A stretch of 64,000 bases of DNA from NCBI GenBank assembly GCA_036172245.1, contig JAYWIR010000017.1, forward strand, positions 3,472,001 through 3,536,000. The letters are read 5' to 3'. This stretch comes from Raillietiella orientalis. Taxonomy: Eukaryota. Shown here in pieces: positions 51,235 through 64,000 of the stretch. The notes below the pieces were generated by a model, which had not been told where the DNA came from, made no database searches, and saw nothing but the letters and a program-made list of their open reading frames with translations. Position 1 is the first letter of the stretch. Each line of letters opens with the position of its first letter. Position numbers and translations under genes: made by a program.

Positions 51235-53941
51235 ATGCTCAACCGAATCGTAATTTGCATACCGATTCACGGAGTCTTTCCATATCGACTGGTTCCGAAA
51301 AACGTCTGGGTCCTGCAAGTTTACAACAGGAAATGCACATCTTCGATGAGGTACTGACACCGGTGTTCATCGTGGGTGCGTGCAATGCTCCCGTGGCTAT
51401 CACACACCAGACGACATGGAAAGCATCATCAGAAAAATGGGAGGAAATTCTATAGGAGCGATATGCCATTTCCCACAGTATTACCAGCATTGAAAAGTAA
51501 GGCAGTAGCAGAATGGCGTATCGCAACGAGAATTGGGAAGCTGGTGTGCAAGTAGCTCGTTTTTCACAGCTGGCCTTATGAGACCGGTAGATGAAAGATG
51601 CTCTCCAAATCTCGACTGCATCACCGCATGGCTGCCGTGACAGAATCTTTAACTGGAGCCATGGGAAACAGGAAAATCTCGCTTGTTGAAATTCTAAAAA
51701 CACCAGCACTGTTCCGGTAGACTTTGTGAAAGCGTTTCCTCTTCTGTGAGTATGACCACCCCTTACCTCTTAGATGAGTCCGGATACTCACCGACTGAGT
51801 CGCTAACATCTTTGAATCTTTGTTGAGCCTCATTCTGACCAAGCAAATTAGTCAATAGAATCATCTTGTTATCGCTAATTTCCCAAGCTATCCTTTTCCT
51901 TTTCAAAAGGTACCATCGGAAGACTAAATGGAAGTGAAACAACCGGAATGTTGCCATCGCAACCAAAACACCGGTAAGAATTCTGTACTTACAAAGCGTA
52001 TGCATGCAAACTCTGTGAAAGATGTCAAGGATCATCTAAGCAATGTGAGGGTAAAATTTTAAGTGAAAATTTTTAATTTTCATTGATGATTTTTTGAAAA
52101 AGTAATCAATACCTTTTTTTGTTTTTATTTTTTCAAAGAACTTCGTTGAGCAACACAATCATTGGTGATGGTAAGTTTGATCGACTTGGAAGCTGCACAA
52201 ATCAGCCAGTCTGGGATCCCTTCGTGGCGACCGCAGGTATTAAATGCCTCAAACCTGTAATCATCACGAATGATCTAAAGTGCTTTTAGTCTGATCTCTG
52301 CATAATTTTCATTCAGAATCCTCGAGATCCACTTTCAATGCGTGTTTTTTCATATAGAATGCGATATGCAGTCACTTGGTAATTCATGTGAGGTACTGAG
52401 TTTTTGCTAACTGATGCTGTTTCCGATGAAGAAATTAGGTCATGAGAAACTCATATTGGGAGACGAAATTTTTATGGATCCAATAAAGACTGTTCTTTGG
52501 AAAAAGGAATCCACCTGCTGTTACTTCCTGACAGCTACTGGGCTAGCACAAAGTAGCAGCACTAAGAGATTTTTGAAAGATCAGGTTATCCTATCTTGAA
52601 ACGAATATCTGACCTTTGGTGAATTCGAGGTATAGAAGACTAAGAATCGTGACCAATGTCTTAATGAATCAGGGAAAATAATGAATTCACCTATGATGCT
52701 TTCCATCTCCAATGTTATCTTTCAAGTTACACTTTTTTTTTCCTGAAAGTATGCACTTATTCCTTTTTGCCTGAGTCCATTTGCAGCCGCTGGCATCTCC
52801 TCCTGCACCTCCCAGTACCAGTTTTTCATTACGGAACGAGGTGTTTTGTTGAATTCCCTGTGTTTGCCGACATCTCGATTCGTGAGATGGAGTTTTCAAC
52901 CCTATCCGACTCGTTGAAAGGTGGTCACCTCCGCCGTCTTCGTCTTATGGCATGAAATGACCCCAACATTGAACCCCATCAGAAAGTTCTATTAGGCTCA
53001 TGCTTCTGGAACAGCTCGGCTTGATGGGCAGTGAGCAGTGCCCACGATGAACACGTGGAGATGAATTTGCTGCATCTCATAGAACCACGCGTCACTCCAT
53101 GCCCAAATTATAAAGTGCTTATAGAATTATCAAGCCGTCCTGCCGTCTCTACAGGATGTGGAACAATTCGCAGCTTTGCAGGGTCGGTGGCCTTACTAAT
53201 CTCTGCAGGCGGCTTGTTCCTCCTGATCCTAATTCCCATTCGATTCGTTTCTGGGAAGCATCGGTATGGATAAGTCATCCTTGCCACGAAGAAGCTACAA
53301 GGACTCCCACTTGCTAACGGAAGATGATTCATGTGAAAAAGTGGTCCTGCTCATTTTCATTGGTCTTTCAGTGTTTGTAGCAAACTCTCCCGTGTGAGTG
53401 ATGCTGATCCTCCACAAGCTAGTGGACCAGACAAGCTTTCGGCCACACAAAAGCTGAGTCAGCTGTCAACTTTTGAGCCTCAACTCATGAACTCCAACAG
53501 TAAATGGATGGCAATCGCACCGACTTTGCCCTTCTTCGTTCTCTCATGCCTATCAACTCATTCACTCCCTTACTACCTTATTTTTTTGCTACTTTTCCCT
53601 TGCCTGATTCAAAGATCTTCTAATAGTGATGAAGTGCTGCAGTTTTCATATTATCAGGTACATTATGATGTCGCGTGTGGACAATGGTAAGAGCTGTATT
53701 ATGAAAGGAGGACTAGGTGGAAGTTTGTTTGAACACAAATGGATGGCGCTCCTCACTCATGATCACAGCATCCTGAAAACTGAGATCTTTCGGCGGGAAT
53801 TTCATTTGAAAATGACCTCCTACTGCTTTTCTGAACACATTCAGAGTTGACTTACCTGAATCCAAGATGAGGATCCAATGAAGCTGCATGGTGGCGGGAG
53901 CTCGTTCACCAAGTTCGCTCGAGGATTGACCCTTTCACATC
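51235..53941 (-). CDS. Candidate small exons (53856-53941, 52691-52742, 51792-51834, 51235-51312), product unknown
   Basis: ttcttag acceptor and CAG|gtaagt donor; gccaccATG (ATG at 53889-53887); gtgaat, gtgagt and gtaagg donors; phases compatible; no homology recognised. Confidence 0.22.
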
Positions 53942-55431
53942 CTAAGAAAGCAAAGGTCGTTTGCACACCGATGAAGCAATCTGAGGATGTGTGTGTGCGG
54001 AAGAAAGAGTCTGTGCATGACCTCTTAACCAGATAAGAATCAAAGTCGTGTCAAGGAATTTCTGCGCAATTTTCGTCTCAGGGACTGTGGCCGCCCTAGA
54101 CTTCTTCACTGGAACGAACTACGATGTTCATCCTTATGCCTAAGGATGAACATCGTAGCCAATGCGATGAGCGCCTCGATGAGGTGGAGGGAAAGGTGAT
54201 CACCGTCGAAGAAATTTCTTGAAGAATTCAAGCCCATTGGCTTCGGCAATGACAATTCCTTGGTTCTTTCTAGGGTTAAAATGAGAAGTGGATTTGCTTT
54301 GGAATCTCTTGCTGAGGAATGTAAGAAAAATTCCATAGCTGTTGCTTCTGACGGACGGAGGTGACTCTGCACACGTGCAAGTAAGAGTGTACAGTCAACA
54401 TGTGAATAAAAGCGCTCACGTAACTTCCTGTGCTCATCCGGGAAGCTCTGATGTCAATCGCATCGGATCCGACTGCCCCAGGATGTTTTTGATCGGAGAC
54501 TGCCAGCACAGAATGTACGCTGGCAACAAATACCGTTTGTTGATAGCATGGCAGTCTTCTTCAGCACATCCGCTGTTCTTTAACCAGAGCCACAGCATCC
54601 TCAGATGCAGCTTCTGTGTTTTTGTGATTTGCGCCGACTTCAACTGCCAACCACACACTTGGTTCCCATAGGTAGAGGAGTGCCCAATATATCACTCAGG
54701 TCGTGATAAAATAAGGAATGAAAAGAGCAGGTCAACTGATCTGTCGGTCGGGGGAAGCAACGAGGTCGGCATGATTGTTGAACACCTTCACCAATCCAAT
54801 CGGTACAGACATGAGCAAGAAAAGACCACTTCGAATCTATCTTCTTCATCGGAACCATGTACGGTTCGTTGTGAGGCCGTAGCTCACAGAATGGTCAGGT
54901 CAAGCGTGCACGTGGAACACGTGGAAAGTAGGCAAAATGATTTATTGCGTTAATTTTCCTCCCTGTGTTTATAAGGGATCTGGCAATCAACGATGGTGGA
55001 TTTTTAACATCCATTCAAAGAGGAACCTCATTCATGACTCGAGCTATTTATCGATCGAAGAAGTGCTAATAAAAAATTGAAAAATGATTGAAGATTCTCT
55101 CGCGAAAACCCGCTTGTAGGTAAATGTGATCACGCACATTCATGAATATGCGTTCGCATGTTTTTTATCCTAGCGATAAAACTGCAAAGCGAGCTTCTTC
55201 GCGCCATGGAAATTTTCCATCTGTCGGTAGCAGTATATCTTTTGTCTCTGTTCGAACACTTGGACAAAAAGTCCGTTCCATTTCATCTTCAGCTAGAGTG
55301 ACTCGTTGGCTTGTAAGTAAAATGTTTAGACTTGTGTTTACCGTGCAAAGGAGAAGAGCGGATGTCCCAAATGTTCTTCCTTGAAAAGGTGAGTTAAGGA
55401 GAAGAATCCTTGCTGCAATCTTTTCGGTTTG

Positions 55432-55505
55432 GCCGGCGCTGGCTGCCGTGGGGTAATGCCCTGTACCGACCGTTGCGGGTTCGAATCCCACCCGAGTAAG
55501 GAACA
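55432..55505 (+). mobile_element. Isolated tRNA-like SINE head
   Basis: cctgtaccgaccgttgcgggttcgaatcccacccgagtaaggaac closely matches 24861-24906. Confidence 0.7.
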
Positions 55506-55899
55506 ATTCCAGAAAGCGCTGCTCATTTCTGGTGGGCGTTGTATCAGTGGACATCATTTTTCAAAGTACAGCATGAAAGCCGACCATTGGAAAGACGGCG
55601 CCCACATGGACACCAGCTACTCAGGAGTGGATTTCCTGAAATGATCCGTTAGCAGCATTCTGTTAGCAGCCGGTCCTCTTTCCCCGTGAAGATGCCGTAC
55701 ATCGAGCATCCATCTTCAGATGCTACTGTCGACTGTAGTGGGGAGTTGCAAGTGTGCAGCTCAACTTCAGCCATGCTGAAGTTAAGCAAAAGAAGTGAAT
55801 GATCAATGATGCGGTAGAGAAACGTGACGGAAGGGGGTTCGAGAGTAAGATAAATTAATTGCCGTTAGAGTAACTGTTTTTCCGTGGAATCGGGAAGCT

Positions 55900-56430
55900 G
55901 TGCATTCGGTGGCTGCTTTTCCGGGAACGAGACACACCGCAGTGCCATGCGTGATTTCGGCTCTCTTGAGATTCGGGAGCGGGATTCTGCGCTTGGAGCT
56001 TGCTGCATCGGAAACGAAACTCTTCTATCCGGACCGTGTGAATGGCAAGCGGAAATTTACTCGCCTCATTCACACAACCCGTGATGGTGAGCACTTCGGT
56101 AGCGGCGGGCGCATGCGGGAGTCTGGAAAAGCGTTGTGGTTCGCTCGAAAGAACAAGAAAAAAAAATCGTAAGCCCTCCAGGTGCAGTTTCCACGGAAGT
56201 CTTCACGAGAAGAACGCGAAAATCGAAAAGTTCGTGTGTCCTTCCGAATCGGAGGAATCCGGCGTACCTTTCGTCGATTGAGAGATCGCTTCTCCCGAAG
56301 ATTGGTTTCAGATTGGCTTCAAGATTCCTTCTAGTTTTCCAACATCTGGAGCTTGTTGGCACTTGCGTTCAGCGCAATTCGTTCTAGGTCGACCTAGACA
56401 CGGATCTATCAAACCAGGATTTTCAAGTTC
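55900..56430 (+). mobile_element. Tc1/mariner transposase relic
   Basis: ASETKLF (FSDEK.F-like), PVMVS..G, NPAYL (DGAP.H-like), TDLSNQDF (SPDLNPLDF-like) in order. Confidence 0.5.
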
Positions 56431-59400
56431 AGCAGCGCCTCGAAAACGCTCACTCGCTCTTTTCTCTTGAAAATCAAATCCTTACGGTAATTTGAAATTT
56501 TTTCCTCATTCATGAGACCCGTCCTTTTCCAAACATCATGCGTTTTCATTCCTCTTCTGGTGTTCCCCATCATTCTTCGTATGGTTTTAAGAACAATTCA
56601 TTTCTCATTAATTCAAGAAATAGATTTCCATTATAGCGGGTTTCCCATAGAGAAGCAGATGCTGCTCAAATGTTTTGCAGAGCCTTGAGCCCTGAAAACT
56701 CATTGGAATCATTTCAATGGTACCAGCACTTCTTCATTCACAAGCTCATGACTGCTTTCTCATTACTTGCTCATTCATGCTTTGAAATCTGCGAGGAAGA
56801 ATCGCTCCATCCTATCCATGAATGAAATGGATAGCCATCAGCCAAGTTTTCGCAGTGATGACTCCAGTTCAGATTCCTCTTTGGATATAGTTCCACTTTC
56901 CTCATCTCCTCATACTTTTGTTTTTGTTTTTTTCTGCAAGATGATGCAGAGTGGAAGTGCAGAAGTGCAGCAACTGCGGAAACTCTCTTTTGTGGGCTGC
57001 CGTGTCCTTGCTTATATTCTAAATCGCATCTAAATGTCTCGATCTTGGAGCAAAGATCTTGAAAAAGCTTCCTAGCCGGAGCATAGTGATCCAAGATTTT
57101 CCGTAGGAGCTTTTCGAAGAATACAAAATACAAACGAGATAGACGGATGAACGTGTATCACCCAAAATTCGTGATTGGATCGAAATGCTGTTTGGAGCGA
57201 CAAATTACATCCCTCACCAAGGAGGGAAAAAAGGTTCTTCATGGATGTGAGCACCAGCACCAGCCACTGTTTGCTTCTCTTTCCCACTCCAAATGAAATG
57301 GGGAACGGATTTGAAATACGATGAATGCATACCTTTTAGAAATTCTTGGCCTCCGTGTGTCCAAGTCTGCTGTTTTATCCCCGTATTTTTCATCAGGTTT
57401 CTAGGCATTCAAGGTGGAATTTTGCTAATTAATTGTTTGTTTGTTTTTAAGTAATAACTACTTTAGAATTAATCGAGTCTGCCGAATCGGCAGCCAATAC
57501 CATTAGCACATGAGATCGAGGACTTCACTCAGTAAGCAAAGCTGCAAGCTAATTTTCCTAAATGGATTCTGTAATCTCTCTGATGCAGAAAACATCTCTA
57601 CGACAGCTGTTTCAATTAATAGATGTTTCTTCATCGAAATTCACACTGGATCTCAGCATTTGCTGATGTACTCTTTCAGAATTTTAGGAAACGAATAGCA
57701 CATCACAGAGACTTCTATTATTTGACCGGTATAACGATTCTGTATGTACAGTCTGAGTGTTCAGCTCGAAACACTTTGGTTCCATCATCACAGTCCTTTA
57801 TTTGACAATATTGAAGTCCTCGTATTTAATGGAAAGAGATGGTGTCCAATAGCAGTTATATAGGACGACGACACTGCTTACCGAAATGCATTATCTGGTG
57901 GATTTTCACTTGTTAGTATTATCAGTGACACAGGTGATTGCAAATTACGAAGGAACTTCGGCTCATAAGGTATTTAATTCAAGTGCTTATCATCAACCTT
58001 GGAGCGCATGTGGGTGGGTGCCACCGAATCCGTCAATCTGAAATCAGCTGATCTGTTCATTCAACCCTCATATTTAATGGAAAAGACGGGAAAAGGAACG
58101 AGGATACTCTGATTTTTCTCAAAAGCCTCGAGACGGCTCATTGCCAGACACTGTCCATTGGTTGCTGAACGTCACCTTACTCAATCCATGCACTTTGTAG
58201 GAGCATTTCCGGAGTGGACCGACATGACAGCCGTGACTACTGGCAGCGTCAAACGCTTGTTTGGAACCCATGTCACAAGACTGGATGCAAAAGAACACGA
58301 AACTCTACCTCCCTATTTCAAACTGGCGAGAGTGAGCAGGGTCTCCTACATCTGTAGGAAGTACGTTGAAACTAAGGAAGAAAATTCTATAAGGATAATA
58401 CGAATCTCCAGAAAAGCAAAAGGGGAGCTGTTGCTTTTATGAAATTACTTTTTGCTATTCCCGAAGGCTTGAACATTGCAAATTCTGCTGGAACGAAATG
58501 CGGCAGCGAATGTGCGTATTTTTTTTTTTGTTTTCCTTCCATATCTTTGACACGGATTTCAGAACGCAGTAAACTAATAATGTCTTCAAGAGGTTTCGCG
58601 CCCTTTCACCTCATGCAAACTTCAAGATTGAAAAGAAGCAACGAAATCAATGGAAGGCAATCGAAGTTATCCTAAATACAAGAAAATAAGGTACGATGAG
58701 GCATTATACTGGGAAATCATCTGCATATGCTGCCTCCCGGGCTTGGTAGCACACATAATATCAGATTTCGAGGCAGAGGGCATCGCGAGTGCGATTCCAC
58801 CTGACGATTCTTTTGCTTTCAGTTTGTAAAAGCCCTGGCAACGGAAATATCAGGCAAGAACATATCCTTGCCTGACATTTCTACGTACCTTGAAGGCACC
58901 TTTGGAAATAACAGCGCTGTCTTTCCACTTCCTCCTTGACTACGTGAACGTGCATTGCCGCCAAGCGAGCAGAGTACCAGTTCTAGCCATCGGCCAGTCA
59001 CTACTTCCCTCGACTGCATGATTACCCGTGAAGAGTAAACTCGTTTCGTGTTTCTTGAACGCATGGACAAGGTCAACGTGGTAAACGAGCAACAGAATAA
59101 CATGCAGCTGAAATTTCCTTTTGAAGGATTTTGACCCCTGATTAAGACCAAGGGTACTGTGATTCATCTGAGAGCTCTGCTGACTTAGCCTGAAGAAGCA
59201 GAGCAACCATTTCCCTCTTTCGATGTCTTACATTAGTCGAAATTTGCTGGACACTTTGGAGGCTCACGTGCCCACCTCAGCGCTCGCGCAAAAAGTGCTT
59301 TGGAACGGCCTCCGTGTGCAGCACAGGAATCGATGCGTCTCAGGTCATTCAGACAGTGAGACCAGCAGAAGAAACCCAACAGCAGAGCATCATTTTCAGC

Positions 59401-61339
59401 CATAAGGTAGAGGGTGAACCGTGGGGGAAGTCGGCATGGGCCCACGATCACATCTGGTAGAAGCGAGATGCCCTTACGAGAGTTTCTATCCAAGTAAAGG
59501 AAAGTCCTTCTCGGCAGTGAGCAGCAGGAGGACGGCGAATCGTAATTCCCGATTTCGAAACCCCACGTCTCGAATTCGATAGAACCGAATGAAGTCATGG
59601 TCTTTATCTGGACGGGACCATCCCCTCGGTCGTCATTTTTTCCTACACTTGAGTTTACGATTTTTAACACGCCCTTGCAAGTTCGCGAAATAGGCTATGG
59701 ACATAAAGATCTACGATGTATTTTCAGAAGTGATCTGATGTCCGTGGAAAATTACGTTCACAACTGGTGTTTGAAATGCTGTGACGAGTGTACAGATTTT
59801 TTTTTTTTTTCGTTTTTTTCTCCTTCTTCTCGAAGAAAGGGGCCATCATTCACATGAAAGATATCAACAAAATCTTCGGTCGTGAAACAAGAGGCAAAAG
59901 ATGCTGAAAAAGTGGGAAATCGGACTTACTGTGCGTTCTTTCAGATATGAATAAGCGTCTCCATAACTCATCATATGAAGCCCATTCTTATATTATGTAA
60001 TTTCAGGCCCTTAAGGCTTGTTTAGCTGTTTGTAATTCTTAATTCTTTCACTCCCTCGCATTCATATTCCGCACGTTTTTTATTTTATTTTTTTTTTTGG
60101 CAACACAAGATGGCAGCCCTACCAGCAACCCATTAGTAGGTTAATCATCCGTGATCTTCAATGATGGATATGAGTTCATCCCTTCCTGCTGTTATCCATG
60201 ATATCGAACATCAGAATAGGAATTGAATGACCACTTTTATTGATTCCAGGAATCCCATTGATATCGCAAAGTCCAAACCGAAAATGTGACCACCTCACAT
60301 ATCGAATCAACTTCATCAGCACAGACTGTGATTTCTTCTCTCGACTTCTGAGCACCACTTGCAGGACAAACGAAACTCTTGCTCCATTTCGAACTGTTGG
60401 CTGTTGCGACTGCTTTTCAGATCTCAAGCTTCGTCAGCATCGCCATTAGAAATATCCTCATTGCTTATTCATGCTCACAGTCGCCAAGATGCTCTGAGAA
60501 AGCCCACAGTTTCAAAGTCTGGAACGAAAGTTGTTCACGACTGATTTCGAAAACGGTAGGATCAAATGAAATTTTTATGTCCCGCGTTATCCTCCTAATT
60601 CTGGATACCAGTGATTCATGGGGCCGGTTGTACGTTTCGAAAAGACAATAGGGTGTAACGAACTCCTTTAGAATTCACCGTCCCGTTCCGGCAAAAGCGA
60701 AGGTGGGCTGTGCTATTCAGAGTAAAAGAACACGAAGAGTCGGTAGAAAACTCGTGTCTTGAGGGAATGGATCGACTGTGCGCAATAGGAAGGATTTGGA
60801 ACCCAATGGGGCAACTTTATCTCAGATTCTAGTTTTGATCTTGTAAACGACTGCACGTGGAAGAGGTGTGCCAACTACCTGACACTGGTTTCAGAAATCC
60901 TCAAGCAAACATAAGTAGAAACGTGGAAAAGGACAGTCCCCTTGTCTTTTCTACTTTTAGATGAAATGAAAAGTAAAACAGCAATTGGAGGACATAGGGG
61001 TTTTCATGTATACACTCTTTGTACAGGTAACTGGGAACTTGTCCCAAGGAAGGATCTATTGGTGCTTTTGTCACGTACTATAGTATGTATCTTTCAAATT
61101 GCAGTGTCATCAAAGTTTCCTTTTTTATTTAAGAGGAAATAAGGAATGATCTTCTTGAACTTTAAATTTATAGGTAACGCAAATGTTATCTACAGTGGCA
61201 AAGACATATTTACAGTTTTAGTGTTCGTATTGGAAGAATCGTTCGAGAGCATCAAGAGGCTCTTCCAAGAAGACAGATAGACAAATAAGCATAGACAATG
61301 TCTAGATTAGTAAATCCAAGAGAAACCTGGAAATCCTTT

Positions 61340-62098
61340 CCGATCTTCACAGTTCCTTGACGCCACCCAAGGGTGGGTAGTCTTCAACATAGGGGGTATC
61401 CCGGGAGGAGTTCGCCTTATAAATCCAGGAAGGACTCGCAGTCCGTTCCTCTCACGCCTGGGAAGGCATCCCCGGAAATGGACATCACCTCCATCCTGGT
61501 TGTCTCCGAAGGGGAATCCAGAAGGGAATCCTCCTTTCTTACGCTCTTCGGAGGACCCCCGGGGGAGTCCGCTCCGGTTTTTCTTCTCTGAAGGGAACCC
61601 GGAAAGGATCCGATCTGGGAATTTCTTCTCCGGAGGGATCCCCCGCAAGGGATCCGCTCCTGTTTTTACTCCTCTGAAGAGAACCCAGAAGGGACGCTTC
61701 GGAAATTCGGAAGGACGCAGCTTCCCCGAAGGGATCGACTCGCGTCTCTGCGCTCTCTGGAGAGGTGGTGGCTACACACCTACTCCATTAACCCGTCGCG
61801 GAGAGGTTCCCCCCCGGAATGGGGGATCCGTTCCTTCACAACCGGAGGGGGAACTCCTCACTCCGTGATTCTTGGAAGGACCCGGTGGTCGATCCTGTTT
61901 GTCCCGACCCTCATGTTTGCGTTTCGGCACTGGTAGCCTACATTCATACGGTGCCGCACCCGGATGAATGTAGGCCAACCAGCGTCATCTTGTGGGGTGA
62001 ACTCGGGACCCACGACGCACTGAGTCGATTCCTTCGGAGTATTCGAACCCTCGACGCATGGTGCCACGCGCGGAGACCACCGTAACCGGGCGACGCGG
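61340..62098 (-). mobile_element. tRNA-derived SINE, young copy 2
   Basis: Reverse complement of 47712-48447; B-box ggttcgaat; extends further 3' (gggtggcgt, shared with the 25 kb copy). Confidence 0.85.
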
Positions 62099-62179
62099 GC
62101 TTGGACAAGTTGTTCTCATAGCATTTCATTTTGAGCACTAATCCGGCTTCAATCTCCAAGCTGCACTTCGGCCATGTCC

Positions 62180-63340
62180 ATTTTGGGATTCACGAGTGCA
62201 GGCAAAGTCATGACCGCCTCACTGAATGCATCTGCAAAGTAATTGCTGAGATTTCGGCAATGCGCTACAGACCTCATACTTTTTGGACCATGAAAATTCT
62301 CTTCGGAAAACAGGCCACCCACATTCTTTTCCCGCTGAAAAATCTCGCAATAACACCTTCTTAGATGTGCCGTTGATTACGAGCAATCTCTTTTGGAAAG
62401 CATGGAGTGGTTTCACATGAGCTCTTGCTGAAAGTTCAGCTGGCTGCTTCGGTTTGAAAAATTTCACAGAGCACGCTGCGTGCTCCGGAGCATGAAATCT
62501 TTTTAGAGAAGGCCATGATGGAAATCCTTGAGGAATACAGCCGTGGAAATGCTGTTTCCTCTTTTATTCCAGAGATCACAATGGCTCGAGTATTTCAAAG
62601 AATGATCGATAAACTGGGATTCGGGATCTCGAGAACATAAATACGGGAGGAATTTGTTCTCGTGGAGATGTCTGGCTTCTTCAAGGGAGATCATTCCCGA
62701 GCATAAGCAAAACATAGTGTTGTCAGGTTTCCAGGAAGGTTTTCGAATTTTCGAATGGAGAGTTCCTCTCCCGTACATAACTTGATCAACGAGCGAGGAA
62801 CGAATTGTGGGAGTTGAAAGCGGCGATGCTCGTGAAAAGGGAAGATCTTCGAAAGCAGCGTCTTCCCCGATATGTGTCTTTCCACAAGAAACCCGCGACT
62901 GATCCAGAATTTCAAGAACTTGTTAAACGGAGCTAAATTACCAATGCCCCTTATTCACAGGTAAAATTAAAACTAGCTATTTGCTGCTGAAGATGGATAA
63001 CGGCCCTTCAAACTTTTCCGCCTGACATAATAGATAGTTGGCCACTCTTGGAAATAATCGTTTGCCAAAGAGTATTTCGGTCACACCCATCGCGTTGGCA
63101 AGTGTTGGTGAAATGCCTTCGGTCGTGCACCATCTTTGGTCGGACGTACTTCGGGTGTACGAAGTCAGGCAGACATTCGTAAGGAAAACAAAGTGCTGGG
63201 AAGTCACAGGTTTTTTACTTGATTGTGGTTGCATAAGAGTTATTCTGCCGATTTGGAGCTTCATTTTAACTCGGAGACACACGCTGATGTAAGCACAGAA
63301 TGGCTGCACAAAGACACCTTTGGAGTGGTTTCTCAATCCC
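62180..63340 (-). mobile_element. Possible MULE (Mutator-like) transposase relic
   Basis: FCAYI..CNHN (C.A.I..HNH-like), YGRGT and DAFSEA/LCLH; weak. Confidence 0.3.
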
Positions 63341-64000
63341 ACTCCGGACTTCTTGCGACGTTTCGGGATGCGGGAATATGCCCTTAGTGTGTGGTACGTT
63401 ATCTTTCTTAGTGGGTCATAAGTTGATCTTCAACACGGAAGAATGAGTGATCCATCCAATAATTATTTCGCATACCCTACGAGACTTTGTCCCTACGAGA
63501 CCTACAATTTCCTTTAATGGTAATCTTGGTGTCACGTATTTGTTATCTCTAACAAATCCTCGGCTGATGTTTCATCCCTCCTCATCAAGGCTGCTGTTTT
63601 TGCTGTCAAGTGCGTCATCGCATCTGAAGCACTGGAATTAAAGGTGAAAAGAGTAAATAGAGAGATTTTGGCAATCATCAGAAATCTTTTCAGATTTGGA
63701 CCCATACACGGATTGTTTCTGGAATCCTGAAATCACTACGAAAGGAATGCTACACAGGTCACAATACCATAAAGACTTTCCAAATATTTATGTTTCTGCA
63801 GAATCCGACATAAGTTTCAAAAACTGGTGAATTCCATCATAGAATGTATTTCCAAAATAATGGACGGCATCTCCCATTTATAATGAGGAACAATCGCCGT
63901 TTAGGAAAAGATTCTGCAGATTCGTGCCACGTCTCCAGATGGATTTCTACGTCACGAGTAATTCGTTGTCTGAATTCGGCATCTGAGTTTATCTGAAATG

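Noticed and set aside
57000..57300. L1 endonuclease fragment (YAP..KLFQDL)
   Set aside because: Single short motif; too weak to list as a feature
58202..58331. Isolated plus-strand exon-like segment (also 35490-35606)
   Set aside because: Splice signals only; no homology or linked exons

Overview
Eukaryotic (metazoan-like, inferred) repeat-rich DNA. I recognise no intact protein-coding gene; most ORFs in the track are chance frames or antisense to transposons. Reading across frameshifts shows a dense set of heavily decayed transposons: L1/Tx1-type LINE pieces (ORF1, APE endonuclease, RT, C-terminal CCHC), several hAT relics, two P-element (THAP9-like) relics, and probable Tc1/mariner, DIRS-like and MULE relics. 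There is also a tRNA-headed SINE family: two near-identical inverted copies, one diverged relative and one isolated head. Notable structures are a minus-strand bias of relics in 0.9-24 kb (possible uni-strand piRNA cluster), a near-perfect 229-bp-arm foldback inside a dead hAT, a ~580-bp AT-rich whole-length palindrome between two inverted hAT relics, recurrent short palindromes, and conserved RNA hairpin architecture in the SINE. Relic boundaries are approximate and family calls rest on motifs read by eye, not on database searches.
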